DNA of 64,000 bases from contig OZ024741.1 in assembly GCA_964016885.1 (NCBI GenBank), positions 272,800,001-272,864,000 on the forward strand, given 5' to 3'. The position numbers were made by a program, and so were the translations under genes. Of this stretch, positions 34,601 to 48,029 are shown piece by piece. The notes under the pieces were generated by a model. It ran no database searches. It was not told the DNA's origin and worked only from the letters and a program-made list of their open reading frames with translations. Each line of letters starts with the position of its first letter. Position 1 is the first letter of the stretch. The DNA is from Eledone cirrhosa. Its lineage: Eukaryota.

Positions 34601-37600
34601 CTGTGTGTGTCTGTGTTGGTGTATGTCTGTGTGTGTGTCTGTATTGGTGTATGTCTGTATGTGTGTCTGTGTGGGTCTGTATGTGTGTCTGTGTGTGTCT
34701 GTGTTGGTGTATGTCTGTATGTGTGTCTGTGTGGGTCTGTATTGGTGTATGTCTGTATGTGTGTCTGTGTGTGTCTGTGTTGGTATATGTCTGTATGTGT
34801 GTCTGTGTGGGTCTGTATTGGTGTATGTCTGTATGTGTGTCTGTGTGTGTCTGTGTTGGTGTATGTCTGTGTGTGTGTCTGTGTGTGTCTGTGTTGGTGT
34901 ATGTCTGTATGTGTCTGTGTGTGTCTGTGTTGGTGTATGTCTGTGTGTGTCTGTGTGTCTGTGTTGGTGTATGTCTGTATGTGTGTCTGTGTGTGTCTGT
35001 GTTGGTGTATATCTGTATGTGTGTCTGTGTGGGTCTGTATTGGTGTATGTCTGTATGTGTGTCTGTGTGGGTCTGTGTTGGTGTATGTCTGTATGTGTGT
35101 CTGTGTTGGTGTATGTCTGTATGTGTGTCTGTGTGTGTCTGTGTTGGTGTATGTCTGTGTGTGTGTCTGTGTGTGTCTGTGTTGGTGTATGTCTGTATGT
35201 GTGTCTGTGTGTGTCTGTGTTGGTGTATGTCTGTATGTGTACCTATGTGTGTCTGTGTTGGTGTATGTCTGTGTGTGTGTCTGTGTGTGTCTGTGTTGGT
35301 GTATGTCTGTATGTGTGTCTGTGTGTCTGTGTTGGTGTATGTCTGTATGTGTGTCTGTGTGGGTCTGTGTTGGTGTATGTCTGTATGTGTGTCTGTGTTG
35401 GTGTATGTCTGTATGTGTGTCTGTGTGTCTGTATTGGTGTATGTCTGTATGTGTGTCTGTGTGGGTCTGTGTTGGTGTATGTCTGTATGTGTGTCTGTGT
35501 TGGTGTATGTCTGTATGTGTGTCTGTGTGTCTGTGTTGGTGTATGTCTGTATGTGTGTCTGTGTGAGTCTGTGTTGGTGTATGTCTGTATGTGTGTCTGT
35601 GTAGGTCTGTGTTGGTGTATGTCTGTATGTGTGTCTGTGTTGGTGTTTGTCTGTATGTGTGCCTATGTGTGTCTGTGTTGGTGTATGTCTGTATGTGTGT
35701 CTGTGTGGGTCTGTGTTGGTGTATGTCTGTATGTGTGTCTGTGTGTCTGTGTTGGTGTATGTCTGTATGTGTGTCTGTGTGTGTCTGTGTTGGTGTATGT
35801 CTGTATGTGTGTCTGTGTGTCTGTGTTGGTGTATGTCTGTATGTATGTCTGTGTGTGTCTGTGTTAGTGTATGTCTGTCTGTGTGTCTGTGTGTGTCTGT
35901 GTTAGTGTATGTCTGTATGTGTGTCTGTGTGTGTCTGTGTTGGTGTATGTCTGTATGTGTGTCTGTGTTGGTGTATGTCTGTATGTGTGTCTGTGTTGGT
36001 GTGTGTCTGTGTGTGTCTGTGTTGGTGTATGTCTGTATGTGTGTCTGTGTGTGTCTGTGTTGGTGTATGTCTGTATGTGTGTCTGTGTTGGTGTATGTCT
36101 GTATGTGTGTCTGTGTGTCTGTGTTGGTGTATGTCTGTATGTGTGTCTGTGTGTCTGTATTGGTGTATGTCTGTATGTGTGTCTGTGTGGGTCTGTGTTG
36201 GTGTATGTCTGTATGTGTGTCTGTGTTGGTGTATGTCTGTATGTGTGTCTGTGTGTCTGTGTTGGTGTATGTCTGTATGTGTGTCTGTGTGAGTCTGTGT
36301 TGGTGTATGTCTGTATGTGTGTCTGTGTGGGTCTGTGTTGGTGTATGTCTGTATGTGTGTCTGTGTTGGTGTTTGTCTGTATGTGTGCCTATGTGTGTCT
36401 GTGTTGGTGTATGTCTGTATGTGTGTCTGTGTGGGTCTGTGTTGGTGTATGTCTGTATGTGTGTCTGTGTGTCTGTGTTGGTGTATGTCTGTATGTGTGT
36501 CTGTGTGTGTCTGTGTTGGTGTATGTCTGTATGTGTGTCTGTGTGTCTGTGTTGGTGTATGTCTGTATGTATGTCTGTGTGTGTCTGTGTTAGTGTATGT
36601 CTGTCTGTGTGTCTGTGTGTGTCTGTGTTGGTGTATGTCTGTATGTGTGTCTGTGTGTGTCTGTGTTGGTGTATGTCTGTATGTGTGTCTGTGTTGGTGT
36701 ATGTCTGTATGTGTGTCTGTGTTGGTGTGTGTCTGTGTGTGTCTGTGTTGGTGTATGTCTGTATGTGTGTCTGTGTGTGTCTGTGTTGGTGTATGTCTGT
36801 ATGTGTGTCTGTGTTGGTGTATGTCTGTATGTGTGTCTGTGTGTCTGTGTTGGTGTATGTCTGTATGTGTGTCTGTGTGTGTCTGTGTTGGTGTATGTCT
36901 GTATGTGTGTCTGTGTGTGTCTGTGTTGGTGTATGTCTGTATGTGTGTCTGTGTGTGTCTGTGTTGGTATATGTCTGTATGTGTGTCTGTGTGTGTCTGT
37001 GTTGGTGTATGTCTGTGTGTGTGTCTGTATTGGTGTATGTCTGTATGTGTGTCTGTGTGGGTCTGTATGTGTGTCTGTGTGTGTCTGTGTTGGTGTATGT
37101 CTGTATGTGTGTCTGTGTGGGTCTGTATTGGTGTATGTCTGTATGTGTGTCTGTGTGTGTCTGTGTTGGTATATGTCTGTATGTGTGTCTGTGTGGGTCT
37201 GTATTGGTGTATGTCTGTATGTGTGTCTGTGTGTGTCTGTGTTGGTGTATGTCTGTGTGTGTGTCTGTGTGTGTCTGTGTTGGTGTATGTCTGTATGTGT
37301 CTGTGTGTGTCTGTGTTGGTGTATGTCTGTGTGTGTCTGTGTGTCTGTGTTGGTGTATGTCTGTATGTGTGTCTGTGTGTGTCTGTGTTGGTGTATATCT
37401 GTATGTGTGTCTGTGTGGGTCTGTATTGGTGTATGTCTGTATGTGTGTCTGTGTGGGTCTGTGTTGGTGTATGTCTGTATGTGTGTCTGTGTATGTCTGT
37501 ATGTGTGTCTGTGTGTGTCTGTGTTGGTGTATGTCTGTGTGTGTGTCTGTGTGTGTCTGTGTTGGTGTATGTCTGTATGTGTGTCTGTGTGTGTCTGTGT

Positions 37601-40600
37601 TGGTGTATGTCTGTATGTGTGTCTGTGTGTGTCTGTGTTGGTGTATGTCTGTATGTGTGTCTGTGTGTCTGTGTTGGTGTATGTCTGTATGTATGTCTGT
37701 GTGTGTCTGTGTTAGTGTATGTCTGTCTGTGTGTCTGTGTGTGTCTGTGTTGGTGTATGTCTGTACGTGTGTCTGTGTGTGTCTGTGTTGGTGTATGTCT
37801 GTATGTGTGTCTGTGTTGGTGTATGTCTGTATGTGTGTCTGTGTTGGTGTGTGTCTGTGTGTGTCTGTGTTGGTGTATGTCTGTATGTGTGTCTGTGTGT
37901 GTCTGTGTTGGTGTATGTCTGTATGTGTGTCTGTGTTGGTGTATGTCTGTATGTGTGTCTGTGTGTCTGTGTTGGTGTATGTCTGTATGTGTGTCTGTGT
38001 GTGTCTGTGTTGGTGTATGTCTGTATGTGTGTCTGTGTGTGTCTGTGTGTGTCTGTGTGTGTCTGTGTTGGTGTATGTCTGTATGTGTGTCTGTGTGTGT
38101 CTGTGTTGGTATATGTCTGTATGTGTGTCTGTGTGTGTCTGTGTTGGTGTATGTCTGTGTGTGTGTCTCTATTGGTGTATGTCTGTATGTGTGTCTGTGT
38201 GGGTCTGTATGTGTGTCTGTGTGTGTCTGTGTTGGTGTATGTCTGTATGTGTGTCTGTGTGTGTCTGTGTTGGTGTATGTCTGTATGTGTGTCTGTGTTG
38301 GTGTATGTCTGTATGTGTGCCTATGTGTGTCTGTGTTGGTGTATGTCTGTGTGTGTGTCTGTGTGTGTCTGTGTTGGTGTATGTCTGTATGTGTGTCTGT
38401 GTGTCTGTGTTGGTGTATGTCTGTATGTGTGTCTGTGTGGGTCTGTGTTGGTGTATGTCTGTATGTGTGTCTGTGTTGGTGTATGTCTGTATGTGTGTCT
38501 GTGTGTCTGTATTGGTGTATGTCTGTATGTGTGTCTGTGTGGGTCTGTGTTGGTGTATGTCTGTATGTGTGTCTGTGTTGGTGTATGTCTGTATGTGTGT
38601 CTGTGTGTCTGTGTTGGTGTATGTCTGTATGTGTGTCTGTGTGAGTCTGTGTTGGTGTATGTCTGTATGTGTGTCTGTGTGGGTCTGTGTTGGTGTATGT
38701 CTGTATGTGTGTCTGTGTTGGTGTTTGTCTGTATGTGTGCCTATGTGTGTCTGTGTTGGTGTATGTCTGTATGTGTGTCTGTGTGGGTCTGTGTTGGTGT
38801 ATGTCTGTATGTGTGTCTGTGTGTCTGTGTTGGTGTATGTCTGTATGTGTGTCTGTGTGTGTCTGTGTTGGTGTATGTCTGTATGTGTGTCTGTGTGTCT
38901 GTGTTGGTGTATGTCTGTATGTATGTCTGTGTGTGTCTGTGTTAGTGTATGTCTGTCTGTGTGTCTGTGTGTGTCTGTGTTGGTGTATGTCTGTATGTGT
39001 GTCTGTGTGTGTCTGTGTTGGTGTATGTCTGTATGTGTGTCTGTGTTGGTGTATGTCTGTATGTGTGTCTGTGTTGGTGTGTGTCTGTGTGTGTCTGTGT
39101 TGGTGTATGTCTGTATGTGTGTCTGTGTGTGTCTGTGTTGGTGTATGTCTGTATGTGTGTCTGTGTTGGTGTATGTCTGTATGTGTGTCTGTGTGTCTGT
39201 GTTGGTGTATGTCTGTATGTGTGTCTGTGTGTGTCTGTGTAGGTGTATGTCTGTATGTGTGTCTGTGTGTGTCTGTGTGTGTCTGTGTGTGTCTGTGTTG
39301 GTGTATGTCTGTATGTGTGTCTGTGTGTGTCTGTGTTGGTATATGTCTGTATGTGTGTCTGTGTGTGTCTGTGTTGGTGTATGTCTGTGTGTGTGTCTCT
39401 ATTGGTGTATGTCTGTATGTGTGTCTGTGTGGGTCTGTATGTGTGTCTGTGTGTGTCTGTGTTGGTGTATGTCTGTATGTGTGTCTGTGTGGGTCTGTAT
39501 TGGTGTATGTCTGTATGTGTGTCTGTGTGTGTCTGTGTTGGTATATGTCTGTATGTGTGTCTGTGTGGGTCTGTATTGGTGTATGTCTGTATGTGTGTCT
39601 GTGTGTGTCTGTGTTGGTGTATGTCTGTGTGTGTGTCTGTGTGTGTCTGTGTTGGTGTATGTCTGTATGTGTGTCTGTGTGTGTCTGTGTTGGTGTATGT
39701 CTGTGTGTGTCTGTGTGTCTGTGTTGGTGTATGTCTGTGTGTGTCTGTGTTGGTGTATATCTGCATGTGTGTCTGTGTGGGTCTGTATTGGTGTATGTCT
39801 GTATGTGTGTCTGTGTGGGTCTGTGTTGGTGTATGTCTGTATGTGTGTCTGTGTTGGTGTATGTCTGTATGTGTGTCTGTGTGTGTCTGTGTTGGTGTAT
39901 GTCTGTGTGTGTGTCTGTGTGTGTCTGTGTTGGTGTATGTCTGTATGTGTGTCTGTGTGTGTCTGTGTTGGTGTATGTCTGTATGTGTGTCTGTGTGTGT
40001 CTGTATTGGTGTATGTCTGTATGTGTGTCTGTGTGTGTCTGTGTTGGTGTATGTCTGTATGTGGGTCTGTGTGTGTCTGTGTTGGTGTATGTCTGTATGT
40101 GTGTCTGTGTGTGTCTGTGTTGGTGTATGTCTGTATGTGTGTCTGTGTGTGTCTGTGTTGGTGTATGTCTGTATGTGGGTCTGTGTGTGTCTGTGTTGGT
40201 GTATGTCTGTATGTGTGTCTGTGTGTGTCTGTGTTGGTGTATGTCTGTATGTGTGTCTGTGTGGGTCTGTGTTGGTTTATGTCTGTATGTGTGTCTGTGT
40301 GTGTCTGTGTTGGTGTATGTCTGTATGTGTGTCTGTGTGTGTCTGTGTTGGTGTATGTCTGTATGTGTGTCTGTGTGTGTCTGTGTTGGTGTATGTCTGT
40401 ATGTGGGTCTGTGTGTGTCTGTGTTGGTGTATGTCTGTGTGTGTCTGCGTGTGTCTGTGTTGGTGTATGTCTGTATGTGTGTCTGTGTGTGTCTGTGTGT
40501 GTCTGTGTTGGTGTATGTCTGTATGTGTGTCTGTGTGTGTCTGTGTTGGTGTATGTCTGTATGTGTGTCTGTGTGTCTGTGTTGGTGTATGTCTGTATGT

Positions 40601-43600
40601 GTGTCTGTGTGAGTCTGTGTTGGTGTATGTCTGTATGTGTGTCTGTGTGGGTCTGTGTTGGTGTATGTCTGTATGTGTGTCTGTGTTGGTGTTTGTCTGT
40701 ATGTGTGCCTATGTGTGTCTGTGTTGGTGTATGTCTGTATGTGTGTCTGTGTGGGTCTGTGTTGGTGTATGTCTGTATGTGTGTCTGTGTGTCTGTGTTG
40801 GTGTATGTCTGTATGTGTGTCTGTGTGTGTCTGTGTTGGTGTATGTCTGTATGTGTGTCTGTGTGTCTGTGTTGGTGTATGTCTGTATGTATGTCTGTGT
40901 GTGTCTGTGTTAGTGTATGTCTGTCTGTGTGTCTGTGTGTGTCTGTGTTGGTGTATGTCTGTATGTGTGTCTGTGTGTGTCTGTGTTGGTGTATGTCTGT
41001 ATGTGTGTCTGTGTTGGTGTATGTCTGTATGTGTGTCTGTGTGTCTGTGTTGGTGTATGTCTGTATGTGTGTCTGTGTGTGTCTGTGTTGGTGTATGTCT
41101 GTATGTGTGTCTGTGTGTGTCTGTGTGTGTCTGTGTGTGTCTGTGTTGGTGTATGTCTGTATGTGTGTCTGTGTGTGTCTGTGTTGGTATATGTCTGTAT
41201 GTGTGTCTGTGTGTGTCTGTGTTGGTGTATGTCTGTGTGTGTGTCTCTATTGGTGTATGTCTGTATGTGTGTCTGTGTGGGTCTGTATGTGTGTCTGTGT
41301 GTGTCTGTGTTGGTGTATGTCTGTATGTGTGTCTGTGTGGGTCTGTGTTGGTGTATGTCTGTATGTGTGTCTGTGTGTGTCTGTGTTGGTATATGTCTGT
41401 ATGTGTGTCTGTGTGGGTCTGTTTTGGTGTATGTCTGTATGTGTGTCTGTGTGTGTCTGTGTTGGTGTATGTCTGTGTGTGTGTCTGTGTGTGTCTGTGT
41501 TGGTGTATGTCTGTATGTGTGTCTGTGTGTGTCTGTGTTGGTGTATGTCTGTGTGTGTCTGTGTGTCTGTGTTGGTGTATGTCTGTATGTGTGTCTGTGT
41601 GTGTCTGTGTTGGTGTATATCTGCATGTGTGTCTGTGTGGGTCTGTATTGGTGTATGTCTGTATGTGTGTCTGTGTGGGTCTGTGTTGGTGTATGTCTGT
41701 ATGTGTGTCTGTGTTGGTGTATGTCTGTATGTGTGTCTGTGTGTGTCTGTGTTGGTGTATGTCTGTGTGTGTGTCTGTGTGTGTCTGTGTTGGTGTATGT
41801 CTGTATGTGTGTCTGTGTGTGTCTGTGTTGGTGTATGTCTGTATGTGTGTCTGTGTGTGTCTGTATTGGTGTATGTCTGTATGTGTGTCTGTGTGTGTCT
41901 GTGTTGGTGTATGTCTGTATGTGGGTCTGTGTGTGTCTGTGTTGGTGTATGTCTGTATGTGTGTCTGTGTGTGTCTGTGTTGGTGTATGTCTGTATGTGT
42001 GTCTGTGTGTGTCTGTGTTGGTGTATGTCTGTATGTGGGTCTGTGTGTGTCTGTGTTGGTGTATGTCTGTATGTGTGTCTGTGTGTGTCTGTGTTGGTGT
42101 ATGTCTGTATGTGTGTCTGTGTGGGTCTGTGTTGGTTTATGTCTGTATGTGTGTCTGTGTGTGTCTGTGTTGGTGTATGTCTGTATGTGTGTCTGTGTGT
42201 GTCTGTGTTGGTGTATGTCTGTATGTGTGTCTGTGTGTGTCTGTGTTGGTGTATGTCTGTATGTGGGTCTGTGTGTGTCTGTGTTGGTGTATGTCTGTGT
42301 GTGTCTGCGTGTGTCTGTGTTGGTGTATGTCTGTATGTGTGTCTGTGTGTGTCTGTGTTGGTGTATGTCTGTATGTGTGTCTCTGTGTGTCTGTGTTGGT
42401 GTATGTCTGTATGTGTGTCTGTGTGTGTCTGTGTGTGTCTGTGTTGGTGTATGTCTGTATGTGTCTCTGTGTGTGTCTGTGTTGGTGTATGTCTGTATGT
42501 GTGTCTGTGTGTGTCTGTGTTGGTGTATGTCTGTATGTGTGTCTGTGTGTGTCTGTGTTGGTGTATGTCTGTATGTGTGTCTGTGTGTCTCTGTTGGTGT
42601 ATGTCTGTATGTGTCTGTGTGGGTCTGTGTTGGTGTATGTCTGTATGTGTCTCTGTGTGGGTCTGTGTTGGTGTATGTCTGTATGTGTGTCTGTGTGTGT
42701 CTGTGTTGGTGTATGTCTGTATGTGTGTCTGTGTGTGTCTGTGTTGGTGTATGTCTGTATGTGTGCTTGTGTGTGTCTGTGTTGGTGTATGTCTGTATGT
42801 GTCTCTGTGTGGGTCTGTGTTGGTGTATGTCTGTATGTGTGTCTGTGTGTCTGTGTTGGTGTATGTCTGTATGTGTGTCTGTGTGTGTCTGTGTGGGTCT
42901 GTATTGGTGTATGTCTGTGTGTGTGTCTGTGTTGGTGTGTGTCTGTATGTGTGTCTGTGTGTGTCTGTGTTGGTATATGTCTGTATGTCTGTATGTGTGT
43001 CTGTGTTGGTGTATGTCTGTGTGTGTGTCTGTGTTGGTGTATGTCTGTATGTGTGTCTGTGTTGGTGTATGTCTTTATGTGTGTCTGTGTGTGTCTGTGT
43101 TGGTGTATGTCTGTATGTGTGCCTGTGTGTGTCTGTGTTGGTGTATGTCTGTATGTGTGTGTGTGTCTGTGTTGGTGTATGTCTGTATGTGTGTCTGTGT
43201 GTGTCTGTGTTGGTGTATGTCTGTATGTGTGTGTGTGTGTCTGTGTTGGTGTATGTATGTATGTGTGTCTGTGTGTGTCTGTGTTGGTGTATGTCTGTAT
43301 GTGTGCCTGTGTGTGTCTGTGTTGGTGTATGTCTGTATGTGTGTCTGTGTTGGTGTATGTCTGTATGTGTGTCTGTGTGTGTCTGTGTTGGTGTATGTCT
43401 GTGTGTGTGTCTGTGTGTGTCTGTGTTGGTGTATGTCTGTATGTGTGTGTGTGTGTCTGTGTTGGTGTATGTCTGTATGTGTGTCTGTGTGTGTCTGTGT
43501 TGGTGTATGTCTGTATGTGTGTCTGTGTTGGTGTATGTCTGTATGTGTGTCTGTGTGTGTCTGTGTTGGTGTATATCTGTATGTGTGTCTGTGTGTGTCT

Positions 43601-43650
43601 GTGTTGGTGTATGTCTGTATGTGTGTCTGTATGTTTGTCTGTATGTGTGT
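31605..43650 (+). repeat. ~12-kb cryptic GT satellite, ~28-38-bp unit GTGTTGGTGTATGTCTGTATGTGTGTCT(GTGTGTGTCT)
   Basis: Directly visible; it generates spurious V/C/L/Y/M ORFs in all + frames. Confidence 0.97.
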
Positions 43651-44030
43651 CTGAGTGTGCGCATGTGTATGTAGGTATGTATATCTAGGTGTATGTCTGT
43701 GTGTGACTGTGTATGTGTGTGAGTGTGTGAGTGTGCGCGTGTGTATGTAGGTATGTATATGTAGGTGTATGTCTGTGTGACTGTATATGTGTGTGTGTGT
43801 GAGTGTGTATGTGAGTGTATGTAGGTATGTATATGTAGGCGTATGTCTGTGTGTGTGACTGTGTATGTGTGTGTGAGTGTGTATGTGAGTGTGCGCGTGT
43901 GTATGTAGGTATGTATATGTAGGTGTATGTCTGTGTGTGACTGTGTGTGTGAGTGTATGTGTGAGTGTTCGCGTGTGTATGTAGGTATGTATATGTAGGT
44001 GTATGTCTGTGTGTGACTGTATATGTGTGT
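43651..44030 (+). repeat. GT-rich minisatellite with core GTGTATGTAGGTATGTATATGTAGGTGTATGTCTGTGTG
   Basis: About five copies, near 43665, 43741, 43816, 43899 and 43975. Confidence 0.85.
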
Positions 44031-44244
44031 GTGTGTCTATGCATATATCTATATTTGTCTTCTGTGTGTGTCTGTGTGTATCTGTAAGTGTGTATGTGTG
44101 TGTCTGTGTGTATCTGTAAGTGTGTGTGTTTCTGTGTGTATATGTAAGTGTGAGTGTGTGTGTGTGTCTGCTATGCTAGAAACCAATACATGTGCAGAAC
44201 ATACCTATGACTGCAAACTATGAGAGCAGTTGTATATATATGTA

Positions 44245-44393
44245 TATAGACCAGCCAGTTGTGTATATATGTATATATAGACCGGCGAGTTGTGTATATA
44301 TATATATATATAGACCAGCCAGTTGTGTATATATATATATATATATATATAGACCAGCCAGTTGTGTATATATGTATATATAGACCGGCCAGT

Positions 44394-44428
<35 letters not shown>

Positions 44429-45046
44429 CAGCCAGTTGTGTATATATACGACCAGCCAGTTGTATATATATATATATATATATAGACCAGCCAGTTGTGT
44501 ATATATATAGACCAGCCAGTTGTGTATATATATAGACCAGCCAGTTGTGTATATATATATATAGACCAGCCAGTTGTGTATATATGTATATAGACCAGCC
44601 AGTTGTATATATATAAATATATAGACCAGCCAGTTGTATATATATATATATATAGACCAGCCAGTTGTATATAGATATATATAGACCAGCCAGTTGTGTA
44701 TATATATAGACCAGCCAGTTGTGTATATATATATATGGACCAGCCAGTTGTATATATATGTATATACCAGCCAGTTGTATATATATATAGACCAGCCAGT
44801 TGTGTATATATATAGACCAGCCAGTTGTGTATATATATATATATATAGACCAGCCAGTTGTACATATATATATATATATATAGACCAGCCAGTTGTATAT
44901 ATATATGTATATACCAGCCAGTTGTGTATATATATATATAGACCAGCCAGTTGTATATATATAGACCAGCCAGTTGTATTTATATATGTATATACCAGCC
45001 AGTTGTGTATATATATATATAGACCAGCCAGTTGTATATATATATA
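44245..45046 (+). repeat. Minisatellite AGACCAGCCAGTTGT + variable (TA)n
   Basis: More than 20 visible copies. Confidence 0.92.
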
Positions 45047-45341
45047 GAGAGAGAGAGAGACCTGCTAGTGAGTGACACTACACTACACGTAGTTGCCCTA
45101 TCTGCTAAAAATAGCAGCCAAATCTCCATCAAATCACACCTTACATGTGGCTGCCCTTTCTGTTAGAAATAGCAGCCAAATCCCCATCAAATCACACCTT
45201 AATGTCTTTAAACCTCCTTCCCCCGAAAAATAAAACATGGAAAGACACATTGTATAATGTAGTCCTAGGTATACAAAAAATACTGAATGATCGAAGCTGG
45301 AACGCCTTATGCTTGCTCTATCTGAGTTTACCTTGGGTTAA

Positions 45342-45451
45342 ACAACAACAACAACAACAATAACAACATCAACACCAACAACAGCAATAACAACAACAGC
45401 AATAACAACAATAACAATATCAACACCAACAACAACAGCAAGAAGAAGAAG

Positions 45452-45545
<94 letters not shown>

Positions 45546-45720
45546 GCAGCAGCAGCAGCAGCAGCAATAACAACAACAGCAAGAAGAAGAAGAAGAAGAA
45601 GAAGAACAACAACAACAACAACAACAACAGCAGCAGCAATAACAACAACAGCAACAACAACAACAACAACAACGACGACGACTACCCGAACAAAGACAAC
45701 AACAACAACAGAAACAACAC
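45342..45720 (+). repeat. Compound (CAA)n/(CAG)n/(GAA)n trinucleotide tract
   Basis: Direct reading. Confidence 0.95.
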
Positions 45721-45991
45721 AGTCGGAAATCACCCTGACCTAATCAACAAGTTAAATAAAGGAACTTCAAACTGCTAGAAATAGCAGCTAAATTTTCCTC
45801 ATATTATAAAAATGGAATAAAAAGTTGCTCTGGATAATGTAGTCTTAGACATACACGATGGCTGAGAAATCGACTGGATCTGATTCATCAGGGATGGCCA
45901 TGGGCTAAACACGAAAACAATTTAGAAATACTCAAGTTTTTGGAAGAGATAAACTTTAGAATATACTGTGAGTTTCCTTGTTGTTATTATT

Positions 45992-46030
<39 letters not shown>

Positions 46031-46043
46031 GCCGTCGTCGTCG

Positions 46044-46074
<31 letters not shown>

Positions 46075-46104
46075 CATTTTTGCTATTATTATTATCATTA
46101 TCAA

Positions 46105-46330
46105 GGGCGGTGGATTGGCAATATCGGTAGAGGGTCGGACGCCATGCTTTCCAGCATAGTTACGGCTCTTTATGATCTGAGCTCAAATCCCGCCGAGGTT
46201 AGCTTTGCCTTTCATCCTTATGGGGTCGATAAAATAAAGTACCAGTAATGCACTGAGGTCGATTTAATCGACTTTCCCCTCCCCCCAAATTACTCTCCTT
46301 GTGCCGAAATAAGAAACCATTATTATTATT
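46105..46330 (+). mobile_element. SINE family B copy
   Basis: Matches 8076-8257; (ATT)n tail. Confidence 0.85.
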
Positions 46331-46696
46331 AAAATCAGGGTAGAGAGGGAAGTACTCTCTTCCCAGCTTTTTATTGAAAGATGTGTGAGAGAGGCAAGAA
46401 TGGTTCGAGTAAATGGACCTACTCTGAGTATGTGCCTGTAAATTGAGGTGGAAAACTGGGAGAGGACACTTGCCCTGGTGGTCAGGGTCACTGTGGCTTT
46501 TTTAATGGGCTTTCTCCACAATGGCCCTCGGAAGTCTCCCCCCTATTGGGGAATTTTTCATTGTTCCTTTTATTACATCCTCTGTTTTTTTGTTGTTTTT
46601 TTTTACACGCAGAAATGCCCATTTGTACCGTCCTGTATTGTCCTGTACTGTCCTTAATGTCTACTTTGTGTAAACCCTTGTGGTTAATAAAGAAAG

Positions 46697-46730
<34 letters not shown>
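46331..46730 (+). mobile_element. Tx1 3' fragment inserted in the (ATT)n tail of a SINE-B
   Basis: Reverse complement of ~21760-22120, bounded by (ATT)n on both sides. Confidence 0.88.
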
Positions 46731-46731
<1 letters not shown>

Positions 46732-46741
46732 GGTCAGACTG

Positions 46742-46960
46742 GGGGTGGTGGGTTGGCAGTATCGGTAGCACATCAGACACCATGTTTTGCAGCATAGAGT
46801 TATGGCCCTTTATGTTCTGAGTTCAAATTCCTCTGCGGTTAGCTTTGCCTTTCATCCTTACGGGGTTGATAAAATAAAGTACCAGTCACGCACTGGGGTC
46901 AATTTAATCGACTTTCCCCCAAATTACTGGCCTTTTGCCTATAGTAGAACTCATTATTAC
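46742..46960 (+). mobile_element. SINE family B copy
   Basis: GGTGGGTTGGCAGTATCGG...GCCTTTCATCCTTACGGGGTTGATAAAATAAAGTACCAG. Confidence 0.8.
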
Positions 46961-46999
46961 TATTATTATTTCCATTATCATTGTTATTGCTCATCATTA

Positions 47000-47700
47000 C
47001 TACTTTACCGAGCACAGCTCTGTGTGCCTTGGGTATGTGCAGTGTAGATTTTACTAATGTTGTTTCTATTGTATTGATAGTACTTTTCATAATATGTGTG
47101 CAGTGCCTAGTAGTGATATCTTTTGAATGCTGTATATATATGTAAGTCCTGGGGTTTTGGCTATGTATTTGTCTGTGTGTTTTTTTAAATCCTAGAGCAC
47201 CTATTGTTATAGGTATTGTTTCATTTCCCACATTCGAGTTATTTCTATCTTTATATTTTGAGAGTTTCTCCATTTCCTTGGAAGATATATTGTCATCTCT
47301 GGGGATAGATACATCTATCAGAAGGCATTTTTTTTCTCTGTGGTCTTTGACTGTAATGTCTGGTTGGTTGGCCTTGATATCTCTGTCTATAAGTATTGGC
47401 ATATCCCAGAGAATAGAATGGTTGCTTTGTCATTCTCTGACACTTTTTCTAGTGTGTGTTTTGACCAACTTTTTTTATTGGTATTTCATAATACTGGCAT
47501 AACTTCCAGTGTATGAAGGGCCCAACTTAATCATGACTGTGCATATATTCTTTTTTGGCTTGAGCTGGGCATTCAGAGACTATGTGGTTGATTGTTTCTT
47601 CCCTATTTCCACATATTCTACAGTTACTTATTGTGCTTTGTTTCATTATGTACTTCTGGTAGTTTGGGGGAAGGACAGGCAGTGGTTGTGAATCAGAAAC
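47000..47700 (-). mobile_element. RLE-type (R4/Dong-like) LINE 3' fragment
   Basis: CRICGNREETINHIVSECP (CCHC) and ANQPDITVKD..CLLIDVSIP..KEMEKLSKY (PD-D/ExK endonuclease). Confidence 0.8.
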
Positions 47701-47711
47701 CATTATTATTA

Positions 47712-47990
47712 TCGGGTTGTGGATTGGCAGTATCGGTAGAGGGTCGGACGCCATGCTTTCCAGCATAGTTACGTCCCTTTACGATCTGAGTTCAAATCCC
47801 GCCGAGGTTGACTTTGTCTTTCATCCTTACGGGGTCGATAAAATAAAGTACCAGTAATGCACTGGGTAATTGCTGGCCTTGTGCCTAAAGTAGAAACAAT
47901 TATTATTATCGGGTTGATAGAATAAAGTACCAGTAATTCACTGGGATAATTGCTGGCTTTGTGCCAAAAGTAGAAACAATTATTATTATT
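47712..47990 (+). mobile_element. SINE family B copy with duplicated 3' end
   Basis: ATAAAGTACCAGTAAT..GTAGAAACAATTATT occurs twice. Confidence 0.8.
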
Positions 47991-48029
47991 ATTGTTATTA
48001 TTAATATTTGGAGTTTTCTCATTACTTTG

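Noticed and set aside
31006-43688. Very long ORFs (up to 2681 aa) rich in V/C/L/Y or T/H/Q
   Set aside because: These are translations of a stop-poor GT satellite, open in all frames, with no protein-like complexity.
44245-45046. Constant 15-bp motif with variable spacers, suggesting CRISPR
   Set aside because: The spacers are only (TA)n length variants.
45328-46248. Poly-L/V/C/T/Q ORFs
   Set aside because: These come from trinucleotide microsatellites with no exon context.
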